A stretch of DNA of 64,000 bases from an uncultured Gammaproteobacteria bacterium (GTDB taxonomy: Bacteria; Patescibacteriota; Microgenomatia; UBA8517): the NCBI GenBank assembly GCA_964599625.1, contig CAZRGC010000005.1, forward strand, positions 99,886 through 163,885. Direction: 5' to 3'. Below are positions 37,190 to 46,187 of the stretch, piece by piece. The translations under genes were made by a program, and so were the position numbers. The notes under the pieces were generated by a model that made no database searches, was not told where the DNA came from, and saw only the letters and a program-made list of their open reading frames with translations. Each line of letters starts with the position of its first letter. The stretch's first letter is position 1.

Positions 37190-38565
37190 AGTTTTATAAG
37201 TCTATTCATCTCTACTGCGTATTCCATAGGAAGTTCTTTAACCAAAGGTTCGATAAAACCGCCAACTATCATCGAAGCGGCTTCGTCCTCTGAAATCCCC
37301 CTACTGGTTAAATAAAATAATTGTTCTTCACCAACTTTTGACACAGTGGCTTCATGTCCGATTGTTACACTGTCTTCATCTATCTCCAGTGTGGGATAAG
37401 TATCACTTCTTGACGATTCGTCCATCAAAAGGGCGTCACACACAACACTAGAACGGGAATTGGCGGCACCTTCAACAACCTTTACAAGACCTCTGTAAGA
37501 AGCTCTTCCTCCCGACTTACTAATAGACTTAGAAACAATTTTACTTGAGGTATCGGGAGCAAAATGGTACATCTTTGCGCCGGCGTCGAGCACTTGCCCC
37601 GAACCCGCAAAAGCCATAGAAAGCATTTCACCGTGCGCCTTTGGTTCCATAAGGTAGCAACTTGGATATTTCATTGTTACTTTGGACCCCAGGTTTGCAT
37701 CCACCCATTCGTGGGTTGCACCACCGAATACCTTTGCCCGCTGTGTTACAAGGTTGTATACATTCGTGGACCAATTTTGAATTGTGGTATAACGGGATCT
37801 GGCTCCCTTTTTAACAACTATTTCTATTACTCCACTATGGAACGAATCTGTTGTGTACTGGGGTGCCGTGCAACCCTCGACATAATGCACAGATGCCCCT
37901 TCATCTACAATTATCAAAGACCTTTCAAATTGACCCAAGTTGGGAGAATTCAAACGGAAATATGCCTGAAGTGGTAAATCTACTTTTACACCTTTTGGAA
38001 CGTAGACAAAACTTCCCCCACTCCACACGGCACTATTAAGAGCTGCAAATTTATTGTCTTCAATGGGTATTACCGTTCCAAAGTGTTCACGGAAAAGTTC
38101 GGGGTGTTTTTTGAGACCATCTTCTATAGAGTCAAAAATCACTCCCTGTTTTTCCAAATGCTCCTGAATTGAATGGTAAACCATTTCGCTTTCGTATTGA
38201 GCACCCAGACCCGCCAAAAACTTTCTTTCCGCTTCGGGAACCCCTAGTTTGTCAAAAGTCTTTTTGATGTCATCGGGAACATCGTCCCAAGTCTTTTCAC
38301 TTTTTTCGGTGGGCTTTACATAAAAATGTATCTTATTAAAATCCAATCCCGACAAATCTGGCCCCCAATTGGGCATTGGGCGTTTTACAAAATGTTCCAA
38401 AGCTTTCAAGCGAAAATCCAACATCCATCTTGGTTCGTCCTTCATTGCCGAGATTTCTTCCACAACCTGTCTACTTAAACCTTTTGGAGATTTATACACA
38501 GAAGTTTCGGGACTAGAAAAGCCATACCTCTCACCATACTCACCCTTATCGAACTCTTTGCTCAC
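37165..38565 (-). CDS. sufB: Fe-S cluster assembly scaffold protein SufB
   Basis: 466 aa. Conserved SufB/SufD beta-helix core. Good similarity over the whole length to SufB as remembered. Confidence 0.85.
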   Translation of the reverse strand: MSKEFDKGEYGERYGFSSPETSVYKSPKGLSRQVVEEISAMKDEPRWMLDFRLKALEHFVKRPMPNWGPDLSGLDFNKIHFYVKPTEKSEKTWDDVPDDIKKTFDKLGVPEAERKFLAGLGAQYESEMVYHSIQEHLEKQGVIFDSIEDGLKKHPELFREHFGTVIPIEDNKFAALNSAVWSGGSFVYVPKGVKVDLPLQAYFRLNSPNLGQFERSLIIVDEGASVHYVEGCTAPQYTTDSFHSGVIEIVVKKGARSRYTTIQNWSTNVYNLVTQRAKVFGGATHEWVDANLGSKVTMKYPSCYLMEPKAHGEMLSMAFAGSGQVLDAGAKMYHFAPDTSSKIVSKSISKSGGRASYRGLVKVVEGAANSRSSVVCDALLMDESSRSDTYPTLEIDEDSVTIGHEATVSKVGEEQLFYLTSRGISEDEAASMIVGGFIEPLVKELPMEYAVEMNRLIKLQMEGSVG

Positions 38566-38631
38566 AATACATTATCTCACACACAAGCAAACTTATTTGC
38601 CAAGGCAAAAACCATAATGTAGTCTAAAAAC

Positions 38632-39780
38632 ATGGCACTTGATCAGGTTGATATTGGTATTGCTGCAAAACCGGTAATCAAAGACCGGGAGGTTGCCCCC
38701 TACTCCGGAAAACCTGAAGACATCGCCCAACAGTTTAATTGGGGAAAAGAAGAAGTTGTAGGAATGCAAAAAACCGAACAGCAGCTTACTGACTTTTCTC
38801 AGGAACACCCCGAGATCAAGTTTGATGTAAATAAAACCTTAATGTCGCTTGCCCGCTCAACAAGAGACGCCGAAGACGACTACAACAAAATATATGCCAA
38901 CCAAAAAGACAAACCCAATTACCACAACGGGGAACACGCAACTATTACCGCAACAATAGGTTTAAAAATTTTTCTGGGAGGGATGGTAGAACTTTATAAA
39001 GATCCGGATTTCAAAGCCGCCATGGAAGAAGACCCGGACAAACTCCAAAAAATGATAGATGTGGCCATTGAATCCATGGCCCGTCACGAGTTGGACGACT
39101 GGTGGAGTAGAAGGTCGGAAGAATCCGCCTCTCAAAATCCAAACGACCCCGAATGGGACAGAGTTCAGGCAGAGGTCAAAGCCTCTACAATGGCCAAAAT
39201 CAGTGAACTTGGCGTCCCTCACGAGGATTTCAACAGACTCAATATTCTGGATACGTTTTTTATTCCAATGGAAGGAACCTCCGAAAAACCAGGCTCTTTG
39301 GACATTGCGATGGCAGACACATCTCTCGAAGAACCGTATTTCAAAGATACCGACGGAAAGCCCGATTTTTCCTGGATAAGCAAAGACCCAAAGGTTCAGA
39401 GGCAATATTTAAAACTTTTGGGGGTTGCCACAAGATCTGCGGACTTTCTGCAGTTATATAACCCCAATTATTACAGACAAGCATTTCTGCAAGACGAAGA
39501 ACAGGGTTTGCAGGACGAAGTCAGCAACGTTGGATCTGTCGCCCTAGCTGTTGAGTTCCAAAAATTCAGGCCCGGTGCCGCAAAACCAATCGGCTGGATC
39601 GACAACGATGGAAAAATTGTTTGGAAAAACGTGGGTGTGGGTAAAGAATACCTAACACGCTTTGCACTCCCCAATATAAGACCTGGGGTGGAATACATGA
39701 AAGCGTTCAATAAGAACGAAGGCACAAACATTGACACAATAACAACTCACCTGGAACAAACTGTGGGAGTGAAAAACTAA
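38632..39780 (+). CDS. Hypothetical protein (382 aa), acidic
   Basis: Long hydrophilic ORF with a YHNGEHAT segment. No confident family. Immediately upstream of the tRNA-Asn locus. Confidence 0.45.
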   Translation: MALDQVDIGIAAKPVIKDREVAPYSGKPEDIAQQFNWGKEEVVGMQKTEQQLTDFSQEHPEIKFDVNKTLMSLARSTRDAEDDYNKIYANQKDKPNYHNGEHATITATIGLKIFLGGMVELYKDPDFKAAMEEDPDKLQKMIDVAIESMARHELDDWWSRRSEESASQNPNDPEWDRVQAEVKASTMAKISELGVPHEDFNRLNILDTFFIPMEGTSEKPGSLDIAMADTSLEEPYFKDTDGKPDFSWISKDPKVQRQYLKLLGVATRSADFLQLYNPNYYRQAFLQDEEQGLQDEVSNVGSVALAVEFQKFRPGAAKPIGWIDNDGKIVWKNVGVGKEYLTRFALPNIRPGVEYMKAFNKNEGTNIDTITTHLEQTVGVKN

Positions 39781-39846
39781 TTAGCCGAACCGTTACACTT
39801 ATTTTTTCAACTTTCAAATGATATAATTAGCCTCGGTTCAGGATAT

Positions 39847-39866
39847 TCCCCGGTAGCTCAGCGGTA
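39847..39866 (+). repeat. 20-nt duplicate of the tRNA-Asn 5' end (acceptor + D-arm), 37 nt upstream of the intact gene
   Basis: tccccggtagctcagcggta is identical to 39904-39923. The copy has no T-arm and is not a functional tRNA. Confidence 0.7.
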
Positions 39867-39903
39867 AACAAGTTTGCCGCTTCGCACAAGGGAGCCGATA
39901 TAA

Positions 39904-39978
39904 TCCCCGGTAGCTCAGCGGTAGAGCGGATTCCTGTTAAGAATAAGGTCGCAGGTTCGAATCCTGCCCGGGGAGCCA
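39904..39978 (+). tRNA. tRNA-Asn (GTT)
   Basis: Manual fold: 7-bp acceptor TCCCCGG/CCGGGGA, D-arm GCTC..GAGC, anticodon loop CTGTTAA, T-arm GCAGG-TTCGAAT-CCTGC, encoded CCA. Confidence 0.85.
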
Positions 39979-40020
39979 TCTTTCGCCAAGGCTTCAGAAT
40001 GGTATACCATTGGAGCAGAG

Positions 40021-40320
40021 GTGTTTTACACTTACATTTTATTAAGTTCAAAATCTCATATTTTTTATTTTGGTTATACCAATAACTTAAAAACGAGATT
40101 AAAACTGCACAATTCGGGAAAAGTAAAATCGACTAAAACCCACTTACCTTGGAGGTTGATTTGGTACGGTGCATTTTCAAACGAAAAAGAAGCTAGAGAT
40201 TTTGAAACTTATCTAAAAAGCGGTTCGGGTAAGGCATTCGCATACAAAAGACTGGTTTCTGAAGCTCTGGAGAAAGATTTTTCCAAAGGCAGAATCAGTA
40301 GTCCGAAGTCAAAGACGTAG
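40021..40320 (+). CDS. GIY-YIG nuclease family protein (small stand-alone URI-domain protein)
   Basis: (M)FYTYILLSSKSHIFYFGYTNNLKTRLKLHNSGK is the canonical GIY-YIG/URI motif. GTG start with GGAG 5 nt upstream. Confidence 0.8.
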   Translation: MFYTYILLSSKSHIFYFGYTNNLKTRLKLHNSGKVKSTKTHLPWRLIWYGAFSNEKEARDFETYLKSGSGKAFAYKRLVSEALEKDFSKGRISSPKSKT

Positions 40321-40324
40321 GATA

Positions 40325-40338
40325 CCTGCCCGGGGAGC
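40325..40338 (+). repeat. 14-nt direct repeat of the tRNA-Asn 3' end (cctgcccggggagc = 39963-39976), 5 nt after the GIY-YIG stop
   Basis: Exact 14/14 match. The two copies bracket a ~350-bp segment carrying only the GIY-YIG gene. Confidence 0.75.
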
Positions 40339-40371
40339 AATTTCTACGGATTTCTATGGAATTGGAAGCCT

Positions 40372-40980
40372 TTATAAATCTACAGATAAAACGAATTCTA
40401 ATAGGGGTTTGCCGATAGCTTTTTCCCAAAATTCATCTTGTTCTTCTTGTTTCATCTCCGAAATATACTTACCCGAGTCTGGATCGATTTGAATTGATTC
40501 TAGTGGGTAGCCTGGTTGCATTATTTTACTTGGCTGACCAACAAATTTTCGAGGAGATTTGATAACCGTTTCTTCGCTTTTACCATCTGGAGAAGCTATA
40601 CATATTCCAAATTCCCAATAACCATCAACTTTACCTCCAAGCTTATTAATAAGCTTTGAATAATATTCCAACATTTGTTCATCACTCGGTCTGTCAGGGT
40701 ACCCACTCATTCTTCTAACATTTAATGCTGGCTGGTCTTCATCACTTAGCCCATTCAAGTAAAGTGCATTATCCATTGAAAAAACAGGTTTACCTAAAGA
40801 CTTTGAATAAACAGCAGCTTTTTTACGAGCGTTCTCAACTGCAGTCTTTCCATCTTCAACAACTTCAGAAAGCTGCTCTTTATTGGCGACACCCTCAACG
40901 ATTATTCCAGCAGGAGATAAAGCACCTCTAATTTGCTTAATTTTTGCTTCATTGGTTGTACCAAAAACAATCTCATTCAT
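40372..40980 (-). CDS. Divergent Ham1/ITPase-family (Maf/Ham1 superfamily) nucleoside-triphosphate pyrophosphatase-like protein
   Basis: N-terminal IVFGTTNEAKIKQI parallels the Ham1 VxATxNxGKxxE motif. The rest aligns loosely with RdgB (…PGYPLESI… in the place of GFGYDPIF). Confidence 0.45.
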   Translation of the reverse strand: MNEIVFGTTNEAKIKQIRGALSPAGIIVEGVANKEQLSEVVEDGKTAVENARKKAAVYSKSLGKPVFSMDNALYLNGLSDEDQPALNVRRMSGYPDRPSDEQMLEYYSKLINKLGGKVDGYWEFGICIASPDGKSEETVIKSPRKFVGQPSKIMQPGYPLESIQIDPDSGKYISEMKQEEQDEFWEKAIGKPLLEFVLSVDL

Positions 40981-41236
40981 ATTTCTGGATTATATCAGCG
41001 AAAGATTACAAAGAACAATGGAGTCGTTGGCCATAACCTTTTTAATCTCAATCCATTTATTTTTCATTGATTCAAAAGAAACTGAATCTGAAAAGGCTGT
41101 TATAACAGACTCAGTTATACGAATTAGTATTTCAGGACTTGGGAGCCATTCGACTCATTTCATTCTTCGGTGTAATCAAGAGGGGTATTCCCCCACTCCC
41201 TTAGCCATTACAAAATTGGTGTGTTAAAATTTACCA

Positions 41237-41737
41237 ATGAGTAAATTAATTAATTGTCTCTGGTTTGCGGGCAACAACGGCGAAGACGCTGCAAAATACT
41301 ACATAGATACTTTTAATTCTGCTCCGGGTGAACACAGTGCCAAGATGGGAGACATTACAAAAGCTCCCAAAGGAGTGGAAGAAGTAGGGGGAATAAAAGA
41401 AGGGTCGGTACTAACTGCAGAATGCGAGATAGACGGAATTAGCTTCATGTTTCTTAACGGCGGCCCCAACGACCAATTTAAATTAAACGGTGCAACTTCA
41501 TACATTATTGAGTGCGAGACACAGGAAGAAATTGATTTCTTTTGGGAAAAGTTGTCCGCGATTCCTGAGGCAGAGCAGTGCGGATGGTGCACAGATAAAT
41601 TTGGTGTTACATGGCAAGTAACCCCAAGAATTTTGGATGAGATGATGAGAGATCCCAAAACTGCAGAGGCTGTCACAAAAGTATTTATGCCAATGAAAAA
41701 ACTCGACCTTGAAGCAATTAGAAAAGCCGGTGAGTAA
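41237..41737 (+). CDS. VOC-superfamily protein, PhnB/YjdN-like (3-demethylubiquinone-9 3-methyltransferase-like domain)
   Basis: INCLWFAGNNGEDAAKYY...FMFLNGGP...IIECETQEEIDFFWEKL...QCGWCTDKFGVTWQV matches this family closely. Confidence 0.75.
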   Translation: MSKLINCLWFAGNNGEDAAKYYIDTFNSAPGEHSAKMGDITKAPKGVEEVGGIKEGSVLTAECEIDGISFMFLNGGPNDQFKLNGATSYIIECETQEEIDFFWEKLSAIPEAEQCGWCTDKFGVTWQVTPRILDEMMRDPKTAEAVTKVFMPMKKLDLEAIRKAGE

Positions 41738-41766
41738 ACCGTCACAGTCTTAAGCTATACTTCGGT

Positions 41767-42255
41767 ATGAATCTTCCACTGGAAAAGCTGCGCTACACTT
41801 TCAAACAAAAACCCATTCTGATCGGTGGGGGTGCAATGGAATATTACGGACTTCGCAAATCTGGTAAAGATATTGATCTGATAGCTTCCGAGGAAGATGT
41901 TTTTAACCTTATCAAACTTTATCCGACTAAGGTAAAAGATCTTTGGGGAGACGTCGGTGTTTGTCCGTTGGAGTTTGAGATATGGAAGACAGTTTGTCTT
42001 TTTGACTACAACTACTACAAAGAAAATGCCATAGAGAAAAAAGACCACTTTGTTGTATCAATCGAAAAGCTGTTGTTTATGAAAGCCCTAGCAGTTGAAA
42101 AAGAAAAATATCTAAACGACGTTAAACTGATTGTGAAACAAATACTGAACGACCAAAGCAAATTGTACCCAAAAGTGAATATAAGTAATCAAAATCTTCT
42201 TTCTAAAATTAACGGGGTATTATATTTAGAAAAGGGTGCACCGGAAGAAGAATAA
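41767..42255 (+). CDS. Minimal nucleotidyltransferase (Pol-beta superfamily) fold protein
   Basis: ILIGGGAMEYYGLRKSGKDIDLI fits the hG[GS]...[DE]h[DE]h NTase signature. Confidence 0.5.
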   Translation: MNLPLEKLRYTFKQKPILIGGGAMEYYGLRKSGKDIDLIASEEDVFNLIKLYPTKVKDLWGDVGVCPLEFEIWKTVCLFDYNYYKENAIEKKDHFVVSIEKLLFMKALAVEKEKYLNDVKLIVKQILNDQSKLYPKVNISNQNLLSKINGVLYLEKGAPEEE

Positions 42256-42259
42256 GATT

Positions 42260-42769
42260 ATGAACAAACTATACATTCTTTGCGGACTCCCCTTTTCCGG
42301 AAAAACCACACTAGCCAATGCAACAGTAAAAAAATTAGGATGCGAACGAATCGACTTGGATGAAATAAAGTTTGAACTTTATGGCAAAGAAATTAGAGAC
42401 AACGATCTTAAACAAAGCGACTGGGATTTGGTTTATCAAAAAATGTATAAAGCAATTGAAGAAGGCCTCAAGGAAGGAAAAACAGTAATTCACGATACGG
42501 GCAATTTTACAAATCACGAACGGGAACTGGTAATCCAAATTGCAAAAAATTTGGGCGTCGAAACCAAAATAATTTTTGTTGATATCCCCAAAGATATAGC
42601 CTACAAAAGAATCCTGCAAAACCGGGCATCACAATTAAGGTTCGACGTAACCGACAAAGATTTTGAAAACGCGGCAGCAGAATTGGAAATACCAACAAAA
42701 AACGTTATCTTTTTTAGATACGGCGACAATGTGGATTCATGGATCGATAAACATATCAAAAATGAATAA
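42260..42769 (+). CDS. P-loop kinase (AAA_33 / polynucleotide-kinase-like)
   Basis: Walker A LCGLPFSGKTTLAN and DLDEIK catalytic-Asp region as in PNK/zeta-type kinases. 4-nt gap after the NTase gene. Confidence 0.6.
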   Translation: MNKLYILCGLPFSGKTTLANATVKKLGCERIDLDEIKFELYGKEIRDNDLKQSDWDLVYQKMYKAIEEGLKEGKTVIHDTGNFTNHERELVIQIAKNLGVETKIIFVDIPKDIAYKRILQNRASQLRFDVTDKDFENAAAELEIPTKNVIFFRYGDNVDSWIDKHIKNE

Positions 42770-43304
42770 AATTACTTTCATCACAGGTAACGCGGCAAAA
42801 GCGGAGCAGTTGGGCCGACATTTAAACATGTCTGTTAATCATCTGAAACTGGATTTGCCCGAAATCCAATCACTTAGTCTGGAGGAAGTTGTGGAGCACA
42901 AAGCCAAGGAAGCTTACAAACAGATCCACTCCCCTGTTTTGGTGGAAGATACTTCGCTTGTCTTTTCTGCTCTTGGAAGGCTGCCGGGACCTTTGATTAA
43001 GTGGTTTTTGACCGAACTCAAAAATGAAGGTCTTTGCAAACTCCTTGAGCCTTACAAAGACAGGTCTGCTATAGCAAGAGTAGTCTTTGGTTGTTACGAT
43101 GGAGTCAAACTGCAGATGTTCGAAGGTCAAATTAAAGGTCGTATTGCAGAATCACCCCGAGGAGAGGAAGGGTTTGGCTGGGATCCGATCTTTATCCCAA
43201 GCGGTTGGGAAAAGACTTGGGGAGAGATGACAATAGAAGAGCAGGCACAAACATCAATGCGAAAAATTGCGCTTCAAAAGCTGGAAAAGTATTATAAGAG
43301 TTGA
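42762..43304 (+). CDS. Non-canonical purine NTP pyrophosphatase (RdgB/Ham1 family)
   Basis: ITFITGNAAKAEQL, GFGWDPIF and the SxRxxA-like tail (TSMRKIA). Start ATG overlaps the kinase stop (ATGAATAA). Confidence 0.8.
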   Translation: MNKITFITGNAAKAEQLGRHLNMSVNHLKLDLPEIQSLSLEEVVEHKAKEAYKQIHSPVLVEDTSLVFSALGRLPGPLIKWFLTELKNEGLCKLLEPYKDRSAIARVVFGCYDGVKLQMFEGQIKGRIAESPRGEEGFGWDPIFIPSGWEKTWGEMTIEEQAQTSMRKIALQKLEKYYKS

Positions 43305-43317
43305 AGATCTGCAGTTA

Positions 43318-43728
43318 TCAGGATTTAGGTTGATTAACATTCACCATCCACCTTATTCCATATTTGTCGGCAAACATTCCAAACATATCACCCCAAACTT
43401 GCTTAGACATTGGAACAATAACATTTCCCCCTTCTGAAAGTTTGTTGAAATAGCCAGTAAGTACCGCTTCGTCTTCCCCGCTTATGGTAAGACTGGCATT
43501 TTTGGTTTCGCTTGAAGATTCGGGGTCATCAGATGCCATTAAGACCATGCCATCGCTTGTTGCTAGTTGGCTGTGCATAATCAAGTTTTCTTGATCCGGA
43601 CTTTTGGCCATGTTCAGATCTTTGAATGTTTGCAGGGTCAGCTCCCCGCCAAGTGCGGATTTGTAAAACTCCATTGCTTCCCTGGTTTTGCCGATAAATG
43701 TTAAATAAGGGGTTAATTTGTTGGACAT
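43318..43728 (-). CDS. VOC-superfamily protein, PhnB-like
   Basis: LTPYLTFIGKTREAMEFYKSALGG...VWGDMFGMFADKYGIRWMVNV. Trimmed to the internal ATG (MSNKLTPY). Confidence 0.7.
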   Translation of the reverse strand: MSNKLTPYLTFIGKTREAMEFYKSALGGELTLQTFKDLNMAKSPDQENLIMHSQLATSDGMVLMASDDPESSSETKNASLTISGEDEAVLTGYFNKLSEGGNVIVPMSKQVWGDMFGMFADKYGIRWMVNVNQPKS

Positions 43729-43835
43729 GTTTTTTGTATGGTTTCTATTATATCTCAGAATCGGATGTGTTTCACCAAAAACAAGCCTCCTGTTATACTT
43801 TGATTGTGGACAAATCCAAAGACAGAATCTACAAA

Positions 43836-44162
43836 ATGTCATTTGCGACGGTATATCCGCTTTATATCGCCAAGGTTGAGAGAAAAGGTAGAACAAAAGA
43901 AGAACTGGACCAAACAGTTCTCTGGCTCACGGGCTATTCTCAAAAAGATTTAGAAAAACAAATAAAAGATAAAGTAAACTTTGAGACTTTTTTTAACAAA
44001 GCCCCTCAACTCAACCCCCTAAGAAATCAAATCAAGGGTGTTATTTGTGGTGTAAGAGTGGAAGAAATAAAAGACCCTGTAGTGCAATCTGTGCGTTATA
44101 TGGACAAGCTTGTTGACGAACTTGCCAAAGGCAGACCTGTGGAAAAGATCTTGCGTAAATAA
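43836..44162 (+). CDS. DUF2200-family protein
   Basis: MSFATVYPLYIAKVERKGRTKEELDQTVLWLTGY matches the DUF2200 N-terminus. Trimmed to this ATG. Confidence 0.6.
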   Translation: MSFATVYPLYIAKVERKGRTKEELDQTVLWLTGYSQKDLEKQIKDKVNFETFFNKAPQLNPLRNQIKGVICGVRVEEIKDPVVQSVRYMDKLVDELAKGRPVEKILRK

Positions 44163-44197
44163 TAATTTTCAATCGGGTCAGTACGTTTGTTGCCAAC

Positions 44198-44971
44198 TCA
44201 ACCTCCGTGAGCGAGTCTGGTAAGTTGAGCCATTAATAAAATGCTTACTATCATGGGGATGATTACCTTATAAAAATGCTTATGTCCCGATTGGTGGTGA
44301 AGTTCCGGAATCAGATCTGACGCAGCAATATAAATAAATATTCCAGCAGCTCCCGCCAAAAGAAATGGCAAATATCCTTCAACAGCACCACCAACATAGC
44401 TCCCAATTATTACTCCCGGTATCGTCAAAAGCGACTGTAAAACATTTACCAAAATGATTTTTGTCCTGGGCCATTTAAGTTTCATAAGAATAGAAAAATC
44501 GCCAATTTCCTGAGGCACTTCGTGTGCGGCAATCGCCAATGCAGCGGGTAAACCCAAAAGCGGGTTGGCCTGAAAGGCCAAGGCGATCACAATTCCATCC
44601 AAAAAGTTGTGTACTGAGTCCCCCAAAACAAGAAGCGTTGCCAACGACTCTGTATGTTCAGAGTGTTCGTGACCCTCCACCTTAATAGCAAACTTCTTCA
44701 TTATCAATCTCTCCAGAACAAAAAAAGCAATGAATCCCGCCAGCGCAGCCGCCATAACAGGATGTGGTTCACCATGCTGTTCCAAAGCCTCGGGCAAGAT
44801 ATCCAAAAACGCTGCACCCAAAAAAGCCCCTGCTCCAAAGGAAATAAGGGTAGTTATAAATTTATTGGTGATTTGAGGTTTCCACAAAAGCAAAAATCCG
44901 CCAATTAGAGAAAACAAACCGCCAATTAAGCTGTATAGGATAAGTTGTTGCATATTTAGTTCTTTTGACAC
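44198..44971 (-). CDS. zupT: ZIP-family zinc transporter
   Basis: Eight TM helices. HEVPQEIGDFSIL metal-binding motif in TM5 and HNFLDG in TM4. Confidence 0.8.
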   Translation of the reverse strand: MSKELNMQQLILYSLIGGLFSLIGGFLLLWKPQITNKFITTLISFGAGAFLGAAFLDILPEALEQHGEPHPVMAAALAGFIAFFVLERLIMKKFAIKVEGHEHSEHTESLATLLVLGDSVHNFLDGIVIALAFQANPLLGLPAALAIAAHEVPQEIGDFSILMKLKWPRTKIILVNVLQSLLTIPGVIIGSYVGGAVEGYLPFLLAGAAGIFIYIAASDLIPELHHQSGHKHFYKVIIPMIVSILLMAQLTRLAHGG

Positions 44972-45339
44972 TCAGGACAAACGCCCAAAACTTCTACTGT
45001 GTGCTTTTTTACCAGAAAACCTGTCTTTTGGAAAACAGATTCAGAGACAAAACCAACCACTTTGTCGTCGATGTCTTTTACAGTTCCGCATCTTTCGCAA
45101 ACAACATGGTGATGATGGCTTCTTTCTGCCCACTCATATCTACATCCCCTGTCACGCAAGTCTACCCGCGCAACACTCCCGGACTCTTCCAGTCTTTTTA
45201 CAATACGGTAAACAGTAGAGAAATCGATATTGCCCACTTCCTCTTTTGCCATTTTGCATATCTCGTCCAACAAAAGTGGTGTGTTGGTTCCTTTTAAGAC
45301 AGAGACAACGCTTTCTTTGGTTCTTGTATTTCTGGTCAT
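44956..45339 (-). CDS. zur: Fur-family metalloregulator, probably Zur
   Basis: HHHHVVCERCG...CPEC zinc sites and an N-terminal winged helix. Overlaps the zupT start. Confidence 0.8.
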   Translation of the reverse strand: MTRNTRTKESVVSVLKGTNTPLLLDEICKMAKEEVGNIDFSTVYRIVKRLEESGSVARVDLRDRGCRYEWAERSHHHHVVCERCGTVKDIDDKVVGFVSESVFQKTGFLVKKHTVEVLGVCPECQKN

Positions 45340-45366
45340 AGGTAAATCATATCTTCAAATATTTGA

Positions 45367-45387
45367 TATTGCAAATAACTTGCAATA
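45367..45387. promoter_or_regulatory. Perfect 8-5-8 inverted repeat tattgcaa-ataac-ttgcaata, 28 nt upstream of the zur start; candidate Zur/Fur box
   Basis: AT-rich palindrome at the position expected for an autoregulated zur-zupT promoter. Confidence 0.4.
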
Positions 45388-45436
45388 ACAACATGAAGTG
45401 TTTGACTCCCTGCTTACATTTAATTAATATTGCATA

Positions 45437-45823
45437 ATGCACGACCACTCAGACCACACAAAACTAATCAAAGACGTTGCCCAGCAATACGCAGATATTC
45501 TCCAAGAATCGGAACAAGCTGTATATATTTATCTGGAAGACGAAGCAAAAGTTTGTAATAAAAACTTTTCCGATTTGTTGGGTTACAAATCCCCGGGCGA
45601 ATGGGCCAAAGTGAATACAAGTTTTCCGGAAGCCTTTGTGGCTGACGAAAGCCAACAAGAATTGGTAAGTACTTATCAAAAAGCCATGGAAACAATGTCA
45701 GGGTCACTGGTAGACATTGTTTGGAAGAAAAAGGACGGAGAAAAAGTGAAAACAAAGGTTATTCTTGTTCCAATAGAATTTGACGGACATCTGTTTGCAC
45801 TTCATTTTGTGTCTCAAATTTAA
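45437..45823 (+). CDS. Hypothetical small PAS-like protein
   Basis: 128 aa. YIYLEDEAKVCNKNFSDLLGY resembles a PAS core. Confidence 0.4.
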   Translation: MHDHSDHTKLIKDVAQQYADILQESEQAVYIYLEDEAKVCNKNFSDLLGYKSPGEWAKVNTSFPEAFVADESQQELVSTYQKAMETMSGSLVDIVWKKKDGEKVKTKVILVPIEFDGHLFALHFVSQI

Positions 45824-45867
45824 CTGACGCATACTTTGATATAATTTCACTCAAGGCTAATTTTGTT

Positions 45868-46167
45868 ATGAAAATATCAGGAGGAACTGCACACCAAATA
45901 TCATCAGATCTCAAAACCGCTCTCACATCAGACCCTAAATCTTTTTCTGCTTGGGAAAACCTTACCCCACTCGCCCGTAATGAGTGGATATGTTGGATAA
46001 CATTTGTAAAAAAAGAAGAAACAAGGAAAGACCATATAAAGAGAACGGTTAAGGAGCTGAAAGAGGGAAAGAAACGACCTTGCTGTTGGCTTGGTTGTAT
46101 TCATAGGACAGACAAAAAAATTAGCCCTTCAGTCCAAGCGGTGCTAAACAGAAAGAAACACAAATAG
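45868..46167 (+). CDS. YdeI/OmpD-associated (DUF1801-like) family protein
   Basis: LTPLARNEWICWITFVKKEETRKDHIKRTVKELKEGKK matches the C-terminal motif of the family. Confidence 0.5.
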   Translation: MKISGGTAHQISSDLKTALTSDPKSFSAWENLTPLARNEWICWITFVKKEETRKDHIKRTVKELKEGKKRPCCWLGCIHRTDKKISPSVQAVLNRKKHK

Positions 46168-46187
46168 AGCTTTGATATACTAAATCT

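Noticed and set aside
39847-39903. Possible second tRNA upstream of tRNA-Asn
   Set aside because: Only the acceptor-5' and D-arm are present (20-nt identity). There is no T-arm, and 56 nt is too short for a tRNA. Treated as a fragment.
39827-40051. 74-aa ORF across the tRNA-Asn gene
   Set aside because: Lies on the opposite strand of a confidently folded tRNA. An artefact of the six-frame scan.
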